Below the pieces are notes generated by a model. The model had not been told where the DNA came from. It searched no databases and saw only the letters and a list, made by a program, of their open reading frames with translations. The position numbers and the translations under genes were made by a program. A stretch of 64,000 nt of DNA from Lentisphaerota bacterium (GTDB lineage Bacteria; Verrucomicrobiota; Kiritimatiellia; PWTM01). The stretch is taken from the NCBI GenBank assembly GCA_016873715.1, contig VGWF01000001.1, positions 394-64,393 on the forward strand, in the 5' to 3' direction. Of this stretch, positions 16,667 to 25,877 are shown one piece after another. Position 1 is the stretch's first letter; each line of letters begins with the position of its first letter.

Positions 16667-18358
16667 GTGCTCGACACCCATGCGGCCCCGAACGACTATG
16701 CCGCCGTGAATCAGGACAAGCCCCAACGGACGGCCGCTCGGGCCGCGGCGGAACCTGACCGGCCTCTGCCCGGCTGCGCCGGGACGGCGGCGTGCAGCGT
16801 TCTCGTCCGGTTCGCTTTTCTCGCTGCCCTGTGGCTCGCGCCGCTCGCGGCCCCGCCCGCCGAAGGCGCGCCGCGCGACCCGAACATCGTTGTGATCCTT
16901 GCCGATGACCTCGGCTACGGCGACGTGGGGTGCTACAACGACCGGGCCCGGGTCCCCACGCCCAACCTCGATCGCCTGGCGCGCGAGGGAATGCGGTTCA
17001 CCGATGCCCACAGTCCGGCGACCGTGTGCACGCCCTCGCGCTACAGCCTGCTGACCGGGCAGATGGCGTTCCGCGTTCCGCGCGGCGGCACGGTCTTCGA
17101 GGCCGTCGGCGGGCCGTCGCTGATCGCGCCCGGGCGGCTCACGCTGCCGGGCATGCTCCGGGCGCGCGGCTATGCCACGGCGTGCGTCGGCAAGTGGCAC
17201 GTCGGTCTGACGTTCTTCGACAAGGAGGGCCGGCCGGTCCGCGGCGGCGGCGTGGAGGCGGTCCGGCGCGTGGACTTCTCGCGCCGCATCGAAGGCGGAC
17301 CGGTGGACCACGGATTCGACACGTTCTTCGGCACGGCGTGCTGCCCCACGACGGACTGGCTCTACGCGCTCATCGAGGGCGACCGTGTGCCCGTGCCGCC
17401 CGCGGGCCCGCTCGACAGGACCCGGTTGCCCCGGCATCCCTACGCCGACGACTGCCGGGCCGGCCTGATCGCCACGAATTTCCCGATGGAGGAGATCGAC
17501 CTTCTCTTCCTCGCGAAGAGCCGCGAGTTCATCGAGTCGCACGTCCGCCGCGCGCCGGACAAGCCGTTCTTCCTCTACCACGCCGCGCAGGCGGTGCACT
17601 TGCCGTCGTTCCCGGCGGAACCGTTCAAGGGCAAGACCACGGCCGGTCCGCACGGGGATTTCATCTTCGAACTCGACCACGTCGTGGGGGAACTGCTGGC
17701 CACGCTCGATCGAGCGGGGGTGGCCGGCAACACGCTGGTCCTCTTCTCCAGCGACAACGGGCCCGAGACCGCCGCGGTGGTCCACATGCGCGCCGACCAC
17801 GGCCACGACGGCGCTCGGCCCTGGCGCGGCATGAAGCGCGACAACTGGGAGGGCGGCCATCGCGTCCCGTTCCTCGTCCGCTGGCCCGGCCGGGTGAAGG
17901 CCGGCGCGACCAGCGCGCAGCTCGCCAGCCTGACCGACGTGATGGCGACCGTCGCCGCGATCATCGGGGCCGACCTGCCGCGGGATGCGGGCGAGGACAG
18001 TTTCAACCTGCTGCCCGCACTGCTCGGCACGGACCGCGGCCCCATCCGTCCCTACCTGCTCCAGCAGGCCTTCGGCGGGGCGCAAACGCTCTCCATCCGC
18101 CGGGGAAACTGGAAGTACCTCGACCACGCCGGCTCCGGCGGCAACCGCTACGAAACCCATCCCGGACTCAAGAAGTTCATACTCCCCGACACCGCGCCCG
18201 GCGCGCCCGGCCAGCTCTACGATCTCGACGCCGACCCCGGCGAAACGAAGAACCTCTTCTTCGAGCAACCGCAGATCGCGAAGGAACTGAAGGCGCTGCT
18301 CGAGCAATCCAAGGCGTCCGGCCGCAGCCGCGAGGACCGGGCCAACCGCCAACCCTGA
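16667..18358 (+). CDS. Sulfatase (Cys-type; FGly motif CTPSRYSLLTGQ).
   Basis: 'ILADDLGYGD' metal-binding N-terminus plus C-x-P-x-R. The start is uncertain (GTG 16667 or GTG 16709). Confidence 0.85.
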   Translation: MLDTHAAPNDYAAVNQDKPQRTAARAAAEPDRPLPGCAGTAACSVLVRFAFLAALWLAPLAAPPAEGAPRDPNIVVILADDLGYGDVGCYNDRARVPTPNLDRLAREGMRFTDAHSPATVCTPSRYSLLTGQMAFRVPRGGTVFEAVGGPSLIAPGRLTLPGMLRARGYATACVGKWHVGLTFFDKEGRPVRGGGVEAVRRVDFSRRIEGGPVDHGFDTFFGTACCPTTDWLYALIEGDRVPVPPAGPLDRTRLPRHPYADDCRAGLIATNFPMEEIDLLFLAKSREFIESHVRRAPDKPFFLYHAAQAVHLPSFPAEPFKGKTTAGPHGDFIFELDHVVGELLATLDRAGVAGNTLVLFSSDNGPETAAVVHMRADHGHDGARPWRGMKRDNWEGGHRVPFLVRWPGRVKAGATSAQLASLTDVMATVAAIIGADLPRDAGEDSFNLLPALLGTDRGPIRPYLLQQAFGGAQTLSIRRGNWKYLDHAGSGGNRYETHPGLKKFILPDTAPGAPGQLYDLDADPGETKNLFFEQPQIAKELKALLEQSKASGRSREDRANRQP

Positions 18359-18370
18359 TCCGGGAGCCGA

Positions 18371-19555
18371 ATGATCCAACCCGCCGTTCATCCGCCTCCC
18401 AGGTCCACGGCCACGGTCTCCCGCCGGCACGTCCTTCTCGCCGCCGGAATCGCGGCCTTGGCCGTCCGCCCCGGGCCGGTTCGCGCCGCCGCGCCGGGAC
18501 GGTTCTTCTCCGTCGGCCGGAAGAACGGCCGCTGGTGGTTCGTCACGCCGGAGGGCAAGCCGTTCTTCTCGATCGCGCTGAACCATATCGATCCCGCGCC
18601 GCTGCGCACGACGGCGAACGGGGACCTGTGGGAGCGCAAGTACGGCAACTCGATGGAGCGCTGGCTCAGGGAGGCCGTGGCGCCCGACCTGCTCGCGTGG
18701 GGCTTCAACAGCGTCGGCTGGACGCAGGAGGTCGTCACGCGCGGCCTGACGAACCACCGTCACTCGCGCGCCTTCACCTTCGAGGAATACCAGTGGCTCG
18801 GGCTGCCGTACTGCCATCAGCTTCCGTTCGCCGACTTCCATCAGTGGGAGGTGGAGACGCGCCACCCCGATTTCGGCAGCGCCGAGTTCGCCGACTGGTG
18901 CGACTACGTCGCGCGCGAGCACTGCGCGCGGATGGCGGGCGATCCGAAGCTCATCGGCTACTTCTACATCGATTGCCCGACGTGGATTCACACGCGGCCC
19001 CACAACGAGTGGAAGGGGCCGCTCTTCGATCCCGGGAAGCTGAAGACCGACGCGGGCCGCCGGGAACTCACCGCGCTCGCGACGCAATGGTACCGGGTCA
19101 CGCACGACGCCATCCGCCGCTACGACAAGCACCACCTCATTCTCGGCGACCGCTACGAGGCCGGCCAGCCGATGGCCGAGGAGGTCGTGCGCGCCGCGCT
19201 GCCGTACGTCGACGTGCTGAGCTTCCAGCATTTCAAGCAGCCCGACGAGGTCGCCGCGAATCTCCGCCAATGGCACGACCTCACCGGCAAGCCCGTGCTG
19301 CTGGCCGATCAGTGCGTGTCCATCCGCGGGCCCGACGGCGTGCAGCGTCACGATGGCGCGGGCTACGCCGCCACCCTGGCCGCGCTGCGCGGTCTGCCCG
19401 GCTGCGTCGGCTACCACCTCTGCGGCGCGTATCTCCGCAACACCGCCCGCAACCGCGCCCTGCGCGCCGCCGACGAGACGCCCGACACCGCGGCGATCGA
19501 CGCCATCACCGCCGCCAACCGCGACGCGGCGGCGTGGATGAAGACGCAGGAATAG
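18371..19555 (+). CDS. Tat-secreted hypothetical protein, putative TIM-barrel glycoside hydrolase (GH5-like 'GRWWFVTPEGKPFFSIALNHI').
   Basis: 394-aa ORF with a Tat motif SRRHVLLAAG; the family assignment is tentative. Confidence 0.55.
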   Translation: MIQPAVHPPPRSTATVSRRHVLLAAGIAALAVRPGPVRAAAPGRFFSVGRKNGRWWFVTPEGKPFFSIALNHIDPAPLRTTANGDLWERKYGNSMERWLREAVAPDLLAWGFNSVGWTQEVVTRGLTNHRHSRAFTFEEYQWLGLPYCHQLPFADFHQWEVETRHPDFGSAEFADWCDYVAREHCARMAGDPKLIGYFYIDCPTWIHTRPHNEWKGPLFDPGKLKTDAGRRELTALATQWYRVTHDAIRRYDKHHLILGDRYEAGQPMAEEVVRAALPYVDVLSFQHFKQPDEVAANLRQWHDLTGKPVLLADQCVSIRGPDGVQRHDGAGYAATLAALRGLPGCVGYHLCGAYLRNTARNRALRAADETPDTAAIDAITAANRDAAAWMKTQE

Positions 19556-19594
19556 GCCGTGACGTCCGCCTCTCATGGCCTCAGGGTGAATCGA

Positions 19595-20995
19595 ATGAAA
19601 TCCTTCCCTTGCGCCTGCCTGCTGCTCCTGTTCTGCGCCGCTTCCGCGCCCGGTGCGCCCCGGCCGAACATCATTCTCATCCTCGCGGACGACATGGGTT
19701 GGCGTGATCCGGCCTGTTTCGGCGGCACGGCGGTGCCCACGCCGCACATGGACGCGTTGGCGGCGTCGGGATTGAAGATGACGCGCTTTTACTCCTCGAG
19801 CGCCGTATGCTCGCCCACCCGGGCGGCGATTCTCACCGGGCGCTATCCACTGCGTTTCGACATCCGCAAACACCTGACGGACGACGAGACGCACTTGCCG
19901 CGCTGCGTGACCACGCTCCCCGGTCTTCTGAAGCAGAAGGGGTATCAGACCGCCCATGTCGGCAAGTGGCACCTCGGCGGCCTGCACCTCGCCCATGCCA
20001 GGAATCGCAACGCCAGCATTCCCGGGCCGCGTGAGCACGGTTTCGATCATTACCTCTGCCAGAACGAGGAGCCGCCCCTGCGTCCCCGTCTCGGCAGGGA
20101 ACGCCGTCTCTACGCCGATGGCGGCACCTGCCTCCTGCGGGACGACGTGCCGGTGCCGGAGAGCGATCCCTACTTCAAGATGCACCTCACCGACATCATC
20201 GGCGCCGAGAGCGTACGGTTCGTCGAGAAGTCCCATGCGGACGGGAAGCCCTTCTTCCTCAATATCTGGCATCTCGTGCCGCACCTCCCGTACGAGCCCG
20301 GTAGCGAGCCGCATTGGAGCAACACCGCCGCGCCCGGCATCAGCGATGACCAGCACCGTTTCCGCTCCATGATGGCCCACATGGATGCGACCATCGGCGA
20401 TCTCGTGAAGAAGCTCGACGAACTCGGCATCCGCCGCCAGACGCTCATCGTCCTCGCCAGCGACAACGGCGGCGTCTATGAGGGCGACATCGGTCCGCTC
20501 AAGGGCGGCAAGACCGATCTGCATGAGGGCGGCATCCGGGTCTCCGCCATCGCGTCATGGCCCGGCCGGATTCCCGCAGGCGGCACCAGCACCCGGGCCG
20601 GCACCACCGCCGACCTTCTGCCGACTCTGTGTGCTGCCGCCGGAGCCGCCGTCCCGGCCGAGGCCAAGGTCGACGGCGTGAATCTGCTGGCGCACTGGCA
20701 AACCGGCACCGACATCGCCCGCCCAGACCCCTTGCTCTGGCAGATGGATCTCTACCCGAATCTCCAGCGCCACTACCCGAAGCCCGAGCCTTACGCCACC
20801 GAGGCGGTCATGGATGGCAGGTGGAAGCTCCTCAGCCGCGATGCGGAGCCGCTGGAGCTTTTCGACTTGGACAACGATCTCGCCGAGCAGACCAATCTGC
20901 TCGGCCAGCATCCCGACATCGCCAGCCGCCTCGCGAAGGCCGTCCGCGCCTTCCTCGACGAGCCGAGAGATCGCAGCGGACACGTGGCGAAGTGA
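19595..20995 (+). CDS. Sulfatase (Cys-type; CSPTRAAILTGR).
   Basis: Signal peptide MKSFPCACLLLLFCAASAPG; sulfatase motifs. Confidence 0.85.
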   Translation: MKSFPCACLLLLFCAASAPGAPRPNIILILADDMGWRDPACFGGTAVPTPHMDALAASGLKMTRFYSSSAVCSPTRAAILTGRYPLRFDIRKHLTDDETHLPRCVTTLPGLLKQKGYQTAHVGKWHLGGLHLAHARNRNASIPGPREHGFDHYLCQNEEPPLRPRLGRERRLYADGGTCLLRDDVPVPESDPYFKMHLTDIIGAESVRFVEKSHADGKPFFLNIWHLVPHLPYEPGSEPHWSNTAAPGISDDQHRFRSMMAHMDATIGDLVKKLDELGIRRQTLIVLASDNGGVYEGDIGPLKGGKTDLHEGGIRVSAIASWPGRIPAGGTSTRAGTTADLLPTLCAAAGAAVPAEAKVDGVNLLAHWQTGTDIARPDPLLWQMDLYPNLQRHYPKPEPYATEAVMDGRWKLLSRDAEPLELFDLDNDLAEQTNLLGQHPDIASRLAKAVRAFLDEPRDRSGHVAK

Positions 20996-21153
20996 ACACC
21001 CCGACCGCTTCCTGGTGAACATCACGTTCACCCTGGTCCTTAACCCCCTCGGTGCAGGGCTTCATGATGCGATGTCGAGAACCGGCAACGCCATGGGCTC
21101 GGGTGCATGAAACCGGTTGCGGTTGCGTTGCCCCGCGGCGATAACATCCCGGC

Positions 21154-23889
21154 ATGAGAACGATCCTGACGCTCCTGGCATCCCTCGCGGCCATGTCCCT
21201 GTGCGCGGCGGGGGACGCGGTTCGAATCGACCCCGGGGCGCCGTGGGTTCTCGTCAATCCGGGCGCGGGATTCCAGGACGGCGAGCGGCCGGGGGCGATG
21301 ATCATCGGCATGGACCGCACGACGAAGGGGCGGATCTGGGGCTGCTGGACGGGCACGGGGGACAAGAAGGACGGCTACTTCCTCCTCGCCACCAGCGACG
21401 ACGGTGGTGAGTCCTGGTCGAAGCCGCGGCTTGCCGTCGGCGCGCGCGCGAATGCCGCCCACCGGATGTACGGGGCGCTGGTAGGGAACCTCTGGACCGA
21501 TCCGCTCGGCCGGCTCTGGCTGTTCTTCGACCAGCAGATCGGCGACCCACAGGGCCGCATCACGAACTGGAGGATGCGCTGCGACGACCCCGACGCCGCC
21601 GGGGCGGCCTGGTCGGAGCCGGTGCAGTTCGCGGAGGGCTGCACGCTCTGCAAGCCGACGGTGCTCTCGAACGGCTACTGGCTGCTGCCGGTGTCCGACT
21701 GGCACAAGAAGACCGCCCGCGTGTTCGCGTCCACCGACCAGGGCCGCACCTGGGGCGAGCGCGGCCACGTGATGTTCCCAGGCTGGGAGTTCGACGAGCA
21801 CATGATGGTGGAGCTGCACGACGGCCGCCTGTGGATGCTCGCGCGCACCACGACCCAGCCGTTCGAGTGCTTCTCCTCCGACCGCGGCGCCACGTGGAGC
21901 GAGCCGCGCCAGGCCGCCACGGTGCAGAACGTGAACGCCCGCTTCTTCCTCCGCCGGCTCGCGTCGGGCCGGATCCTGCTCGTGAAGAACGGTCCGCCGA
22001 CCGAGCGCCTGCAGCGCCGCTCGCACATGTCCGCGTGGCTCTCCGAGGACGAGGGGCGGACGTGGAAGGGCGGGCTGCTGCTCGACGAGCGCGCGTCGGT
22101 GTCATACCCCGACGGCTTCGAGGCTCCCGGCGGACTGATCCACATCCTCTACGACTGGAACCGGCACACCGACGCCGAGATCCTGATGGCGAAGTTCCGC
22201 GAGGAGGACGTGCTCGCCGGCAAGATCGTGTCGAAGGACGCGAAGCTGCTCATGCCCGTGAACAAGGCGACCGGCCCGAAGCCCGAGAAGCTCTACAACG
22301 GCATCGAGATGCCGCTGCCCTGGCCGCCGCCGTTCCGCGATCCGAAGTCCACCGAGCCGATGCCGGTGCCCTACCTCGAGCGGCCGCCGAAGACCATCCC
22401 GATCGACGTCGGCCGGCAGCTTTTCGTCGACGACTTCCTCGTCGAGCGCACGACGCTCCGGCGCACCTATCACCAGGCCGTGACGTTCGCGGGCAACCCG
22501 GTGCTCCGCGCGGAGACGGAGCGTGAACTCGGCGCCTCGACGCAGGGCGAGGCCGGCGAGAGGGCGACGCTGTTCACCGGCCAGGGCGGCATCTTCTGGG
22601 ATCCTGCGGCGCGGCACTTCAAGCTCTACCACGTGGCCGGCTGGCGCGGGCCGCTGTCGCTGGCGACGAGCACCGACATGGTGCACTGGGTCCGGCAGGG
22701 GCCGCTGCTGCCCGAGGGCCTGCGATGGACCGGCCCGAAGCTGGCCTCCGGCGGCTCCGACAACTGCGTCTGGCTCGACCTGAACGCCACGAATCCCGCC
22801 GAGCGCGTCAAGTTCCTGACCTGCTGGATGCACGTGCCCCAGGAGCAGCGTCCGCCGGGCTTCAACCACTCGCTGCAGATGTCCGACGGTGCCGCGTGGT
22901 CCGACGCCGTGCCGACGACCATTGCGGCGGACGACTACTGCTCGTTCTTCTTCAATCCGTTCCGGGACAAGTGGTGTTTCAGCATCAAGAAGGGCACCTC
23001 GCGCGGGCGCAGCCGCTACTACGCCGAGAGCGACGGATTCCTCCAGGGCGCAGACTGGTCGAAGGCCGTCTACTGGACGAACGCCGACCGGCTCGACGCG
23101 CCCGAGCCGGCGGGCCGCTATCCCGGCGCCGGCGACGCGCCCCAGCTCTACAGCCTGAATGCCGTCGCCTACGAGAGCCTGATGGTCGGGATGCACTACA
23201 TCCACCGCGGCCCGGACAACCGCGTGTGCGCCGCGGGGAAGTTCCCCAAGCTGATCGATCTCGAGCTGGGCTTCAGCCGCGACGGCTTCCACTGGCATCG
23301 GCCGGACCGCCGCGGGTTCATCGCGGGCGCCCGGACCGAGGGGGCGTGGGACCGCGCCTACCTGCACGGCGCGGCGGGAATGTTCGTCGTGCTCGACGAC
23401 ACGCTCGTGTTCCCCTACACGGCGACCTCCGGCCGGTCGCCCGACGGTCACCGCGGCATGTATACCGGCGGCAGCATCGGCCTCGCGACGCTGCGGCGCG
23501 ACGGCTTCGCCTCGATGGATGCCGGCGAGCGGGAGGGCGCGCTCACGACGCGGCCGCTCACGTTCAAGGGCAAGCATCTCTACGTCAATCTCGACGCTCC
23601 GGAGGGCGAACTACGCGCCGAGGTGCTCGACGACAACAACCAGGTTGTCGCGCCCTTCACGGCCGCCAACTGCGCGCCGCTGCGCGGCAACACGACGCGC
23701 CGGCGCGTGACGTGGCAGGGCGCCGACAGCCTCGCCGCGGTGCGCGGGAAGCCGGTGAAGTTCCGGTTCCTGCTGCGCGGCGGCTCCCTCTACTCGTTCT
23801 GGGTCACGCCCGACGCGAACGGCGCGAGCCACGGCTACGTCGGCGCCGGCGGCCCGGCCTTCGACAGCGTGCGCGATCTGCCCCGGTGA
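21154..23889 (+). CDS. Fusion of a BNR/sialidase-like beta-propeller with a second beta-propeller glycoside-hydrolase-like domain (GH32/43/130-like).
   Basis: Asp-boxes SDDGGESW, STDQGRTW, SSDRGATW and SEDEGRTW in the N-terminal half; the C-terminal half contains 'IDVGRQLFVDDFLVE...'; a signal peptide is present. Confidence 0.75.
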   Translation: MRTILTLLASLAAMSLCAAGDAVRIDPGAPWVLVNPGAGFQDGERPGAMIIGMDRTTKGRIWGCWTGTGDKKDGYFLLATSDDGGESWSKPRLAVGARANAAHRMYGALVGNLWTDPLGRLWLFFDQQIGDPQGRITNWRMRCDDPDAAGAAWSEPVQFAEGCTLCKPTVLSNGYWLLPVSDWHKKTARVFASTDQGRTWGERGHVMFPGWEFDEHMMVELHDGRLWMLARTTTQPFECFSSDRGATWSEPRQAATVQNVNARFFLRRLASGRILLVKNGPPTERLQRRSHMSAWLSEDEGRTWKGGLLLDERASVSYPDGFEAPGGLIHILYDWNRHTDAEILMAKFREEDVLAGKIVSKDAKLLMPVNKATGPKPEKLYNGIEMPLPWPPPFRDPKSTEPMPVPYLERPPKTIPIDVGRQLFVDDFLVERTTLRRTYHQAVTFAGNPVLRAETERELGASTQGEAGERATLFTGQGGIFWDPAARHFKLYHVAGWRGPLSLATSTDMVHWVRQGPLLPEGLRWTGPKLASGGSDNCVWLDLNATNPAERVKFLTCWMHVPQEQRPPGFNHSLQMSDGAAWSDAVPTTIAADDYCSFFFNPFRDKWCFSIKKGTSRGRSRYYAESDGFLQGADWSKAVYWTNADRLDAPEPAGRYPGAGDAPQLYSLNAVAYESLMVGMHYIHRGPDNRVCAAGKFPKLIDLELGFSRDGFHWHRPDRRGFIAGARTEGAWDRAYLHGAAGMFVVLDDTLVFPYTATSGRSPDGHRGMYTGGSIGLATLRRDGFASMDAGEREGALTTRPLTFKGKHLYVNLDAPEGELRAEVLDDNNQVVAPFTAANCAPLRGNTTRRRVTWQGADSLAAVRGKPVKFRFLLRGGSLYSFWVTPDANGASHGYVGAGGPAFDSVRDLPR

Positions 23890-23965
23890 CGCGCGGAGAA
23901 GAGGCGACGCGGGGGGCGCGGTGGGGTAGGATCGGCGTGTCCGGCTGACTCCCTGGAGGACCGCC

Positions 23966-25849
23966 ATGATCGCACGTTGGATAGCCGCCGTCTCGATGGT
24001 GTTCGCGTTGGCCGCCCCCGCCGCGGAGCGTCCGCCGAACGTCCTGTTCATCATGGCCGACGACTTCGGCTGGCGCGATCCGGGCTGCTTCGGCAGCACG
24101 TTCCACCGAACGCCGAACCTCGACAAGCTCGCGGCGCGCGGCGTGAAGTTCACGCAGGCCTACGCGGCCAATCCGCTCTGCTCGCCGACGCGCTCGAGCA
24201 TCATGACCGGGCTCTGGCCGGCGCGCACGGGCATCACCGCGCCCGCCTGTCACGTGCCGCAGGTTGTGATGGAGAAGAAGCTCTCGCCGGGCAGTCCGAA
24301 CGTCCGCGTGCTCGTCGCCAACAGCGTCACGCGGCTGTCGACGGACTACGTCACGCTGCCGGAGATCCTGAAGTCCGCCGGCTACCGCACCGGCCACTTC
24401 GGCAAGTGGCACCTGGGACCCGAGCCGTACTCGCCGCTGCAGCACGGCTTCGACGTCGACTTCCCGCACTCGCCGGGCCCGGGACCGGCGGGCAGCTACG
24501 TCGCGCCGTGGAGGTTTCCGCCCGCCCTGGGGATCGATTCGAAGGAGGGCGAGCACATCGAGGACCGGGTTTCCTCGGAGGTCGTGAAGTTCATCCGCGA
24601 GAACAAGGACCGCCCGTTCTACGCCAACTACTGGCAGTTCAGCGTCCATGCGCCGTACGACGCGAAGGATGAACTGGTCGCGAAATACCGGAAGCTGGCC
24701 GATCCGAACAACCCGCAGCGCAACCCCGTCTACGCGGCGATGGTCGAGAGCCTCGACGACGGGGTGGGGCGGGTGCTCGCCGCGCTGGACGAGTGCGGCA
24801 TCGCCGACCGCACGATCGTCGTCTACTTCTCCGACAACGGCGGCGTGAGCTGGCCCGGCAAGGACGCCGAGAACGGGATGCACAAGAGCGAGCGGTTCCA
24901 GGCGGACATGAAGTCGCCTCCGACCAGCAACCTGCCCCTGCGCAACGGCAAGGCCAGCCTCTACGAGGGCGGCGTCCGCGAGCCCTGCATCGTCGTGTGG
25001 CCCGGCGTGACGAAGCCCGGGACGGTCAACGAAACGGTGATCCAGAGCATCGACTGGATGCCGACGCTGCTCGAGATGGCCGGCGTGCCGCTTCCCGCCG
25101 CCGTGAAGCCCGACGGCCTCAGCATCGTGCCGGCGATCAAGGGCGGGACCCTCGCGCGCGAGGCGGTCTTCACGCATTTCCCGCACGACACCCCGGCCAG
25201 CGGTCAGCATCCGGGGACGAGCGTGCGGCGCGGCGACTGGAAGTTGATCCGCCTCTTCGCCGGCAACGAGGACGGCAGCGACCTGCTGGAGCTCTACAAC
25301 CTCAAGGACGACCTCGGCGAGACGCGGAACCTCGCGGCGGAGAAGCCCGACCTGGCGCGCGAGCTCAACGCGCTCATCGACGGCTTCCTGAAGGAGACCG
25401 GGGCGGTGATTCCGAAGCTGAATCCGGCGTACAAGGCCGGCGGGGCGGCGGCGTCGGCCGCGAAGGCCGACGATCCGCTGCGCGGCTGGACCGCGCGAGG
25501 CTGCGAGGGCGCGACGAAGGGCGATGCGCTGGCCGTCACGGGGAAGGGGCCGGCACCGTTCCTCGGGTTTGCGGCTGGGACGAAGGGTCCGGGCAGCATC
25601 CGGCTGCGCGCCCGCTCGACCAGGGGTGGCGCGGGCAAGGTCGAGTGGATCCCGTCCGGCGCGAAGCAGACGGACGCGCGGTCCGTTCCGTTCACGCTGC
25701 CGCCCGGCGGCTGGCACGACGTCGCCGTCGACCTGCCCGCGGACGCGGCGATCGGGATCCTGCGCGTCTACCTGCCGGCGCAGGAGCAGGTGGTCGAGGT
25801 CGACCGGATCGAACTCAAGGCCGGCAAGGCGCGGAGTTGGGATTTCTGA
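23966..25849 (+). CDS. Sulfatase (CSPTRSSIMTGL) with a conserved ~100-aa C-terminal extension.
   Basis: The sulfatase core is followed by a C-terminal domain '...GKVEWIPSGAKQ...WHDVAVDLP...ILRVYLP...VEVDRIELK' that is shared with the sulfatases at 30834 and 43100. Confidence 0.85.
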   Translation: MIARWIAAVSMVFALAAPAAERPPNVLFIMADDFGWRDPGCFGSTFHRTPNLDKLAARGVKFTQAYAANPLCSPTRSSIMTGLWPARTGITAPACHVPQVVMEKKLSPGSPNVRVLVANSVTRLSTDYVTLPEILKSAGYRTGHFGKWHLGPEPYSPLQHGFDVDFPHSPGPGPAGSYVAPWRFPPALGIDSKEGEHIEDRVSSEVVKFIRENKDRPFYANYWQFSVHAPYDAKDELVAKYRKLADPNNPQRNPVYAAMVESLDDGVGRVLAALDECGIADRTIVVYFSDNGGVSWPGKDAENGMHKSERFQADMKSPPTSNLPLRNGKASLYEGGVREPCIVVWPGVTKPGTVNETVIQSIDWMPTLLEMAGVPLPAAVKPDGLSIVPAIKGGTLAREAVFTHFPHDTPASGQHPGTSVRRGDWKLIRLFAGNEDGSDLLELYNLKDDLGETRNLAAEKPDLARELNALIDGFLKETGAVIPKLNPAYKAGGAAASAAKADDPLRGWTARGCEGATKGDALAVTGKGPAPFLGFAAGTKGPGSIRLRARSTRGGAGKVEWIPSGAKQTDARSVPFTLPPGGWHDVAVDLPADAAIGILRVYLPAQEQVVEVDRIELKAGKARSWDF

Positions 25850-25877
25850 GATCGGGGTCGCAATCGCGAGGAGTCGT

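Noticed and set aside
16667-16790. Possibility that the sulfatase starts at an internal codon just before its signal-peptide hydrophobic core.
   Set aside because: No ATG/GTG/TTG lies immediately before the h-region. Only GTG 16667 and GTG 16709 are available, so the long n-region is kept and the start is flagged as uncertain.
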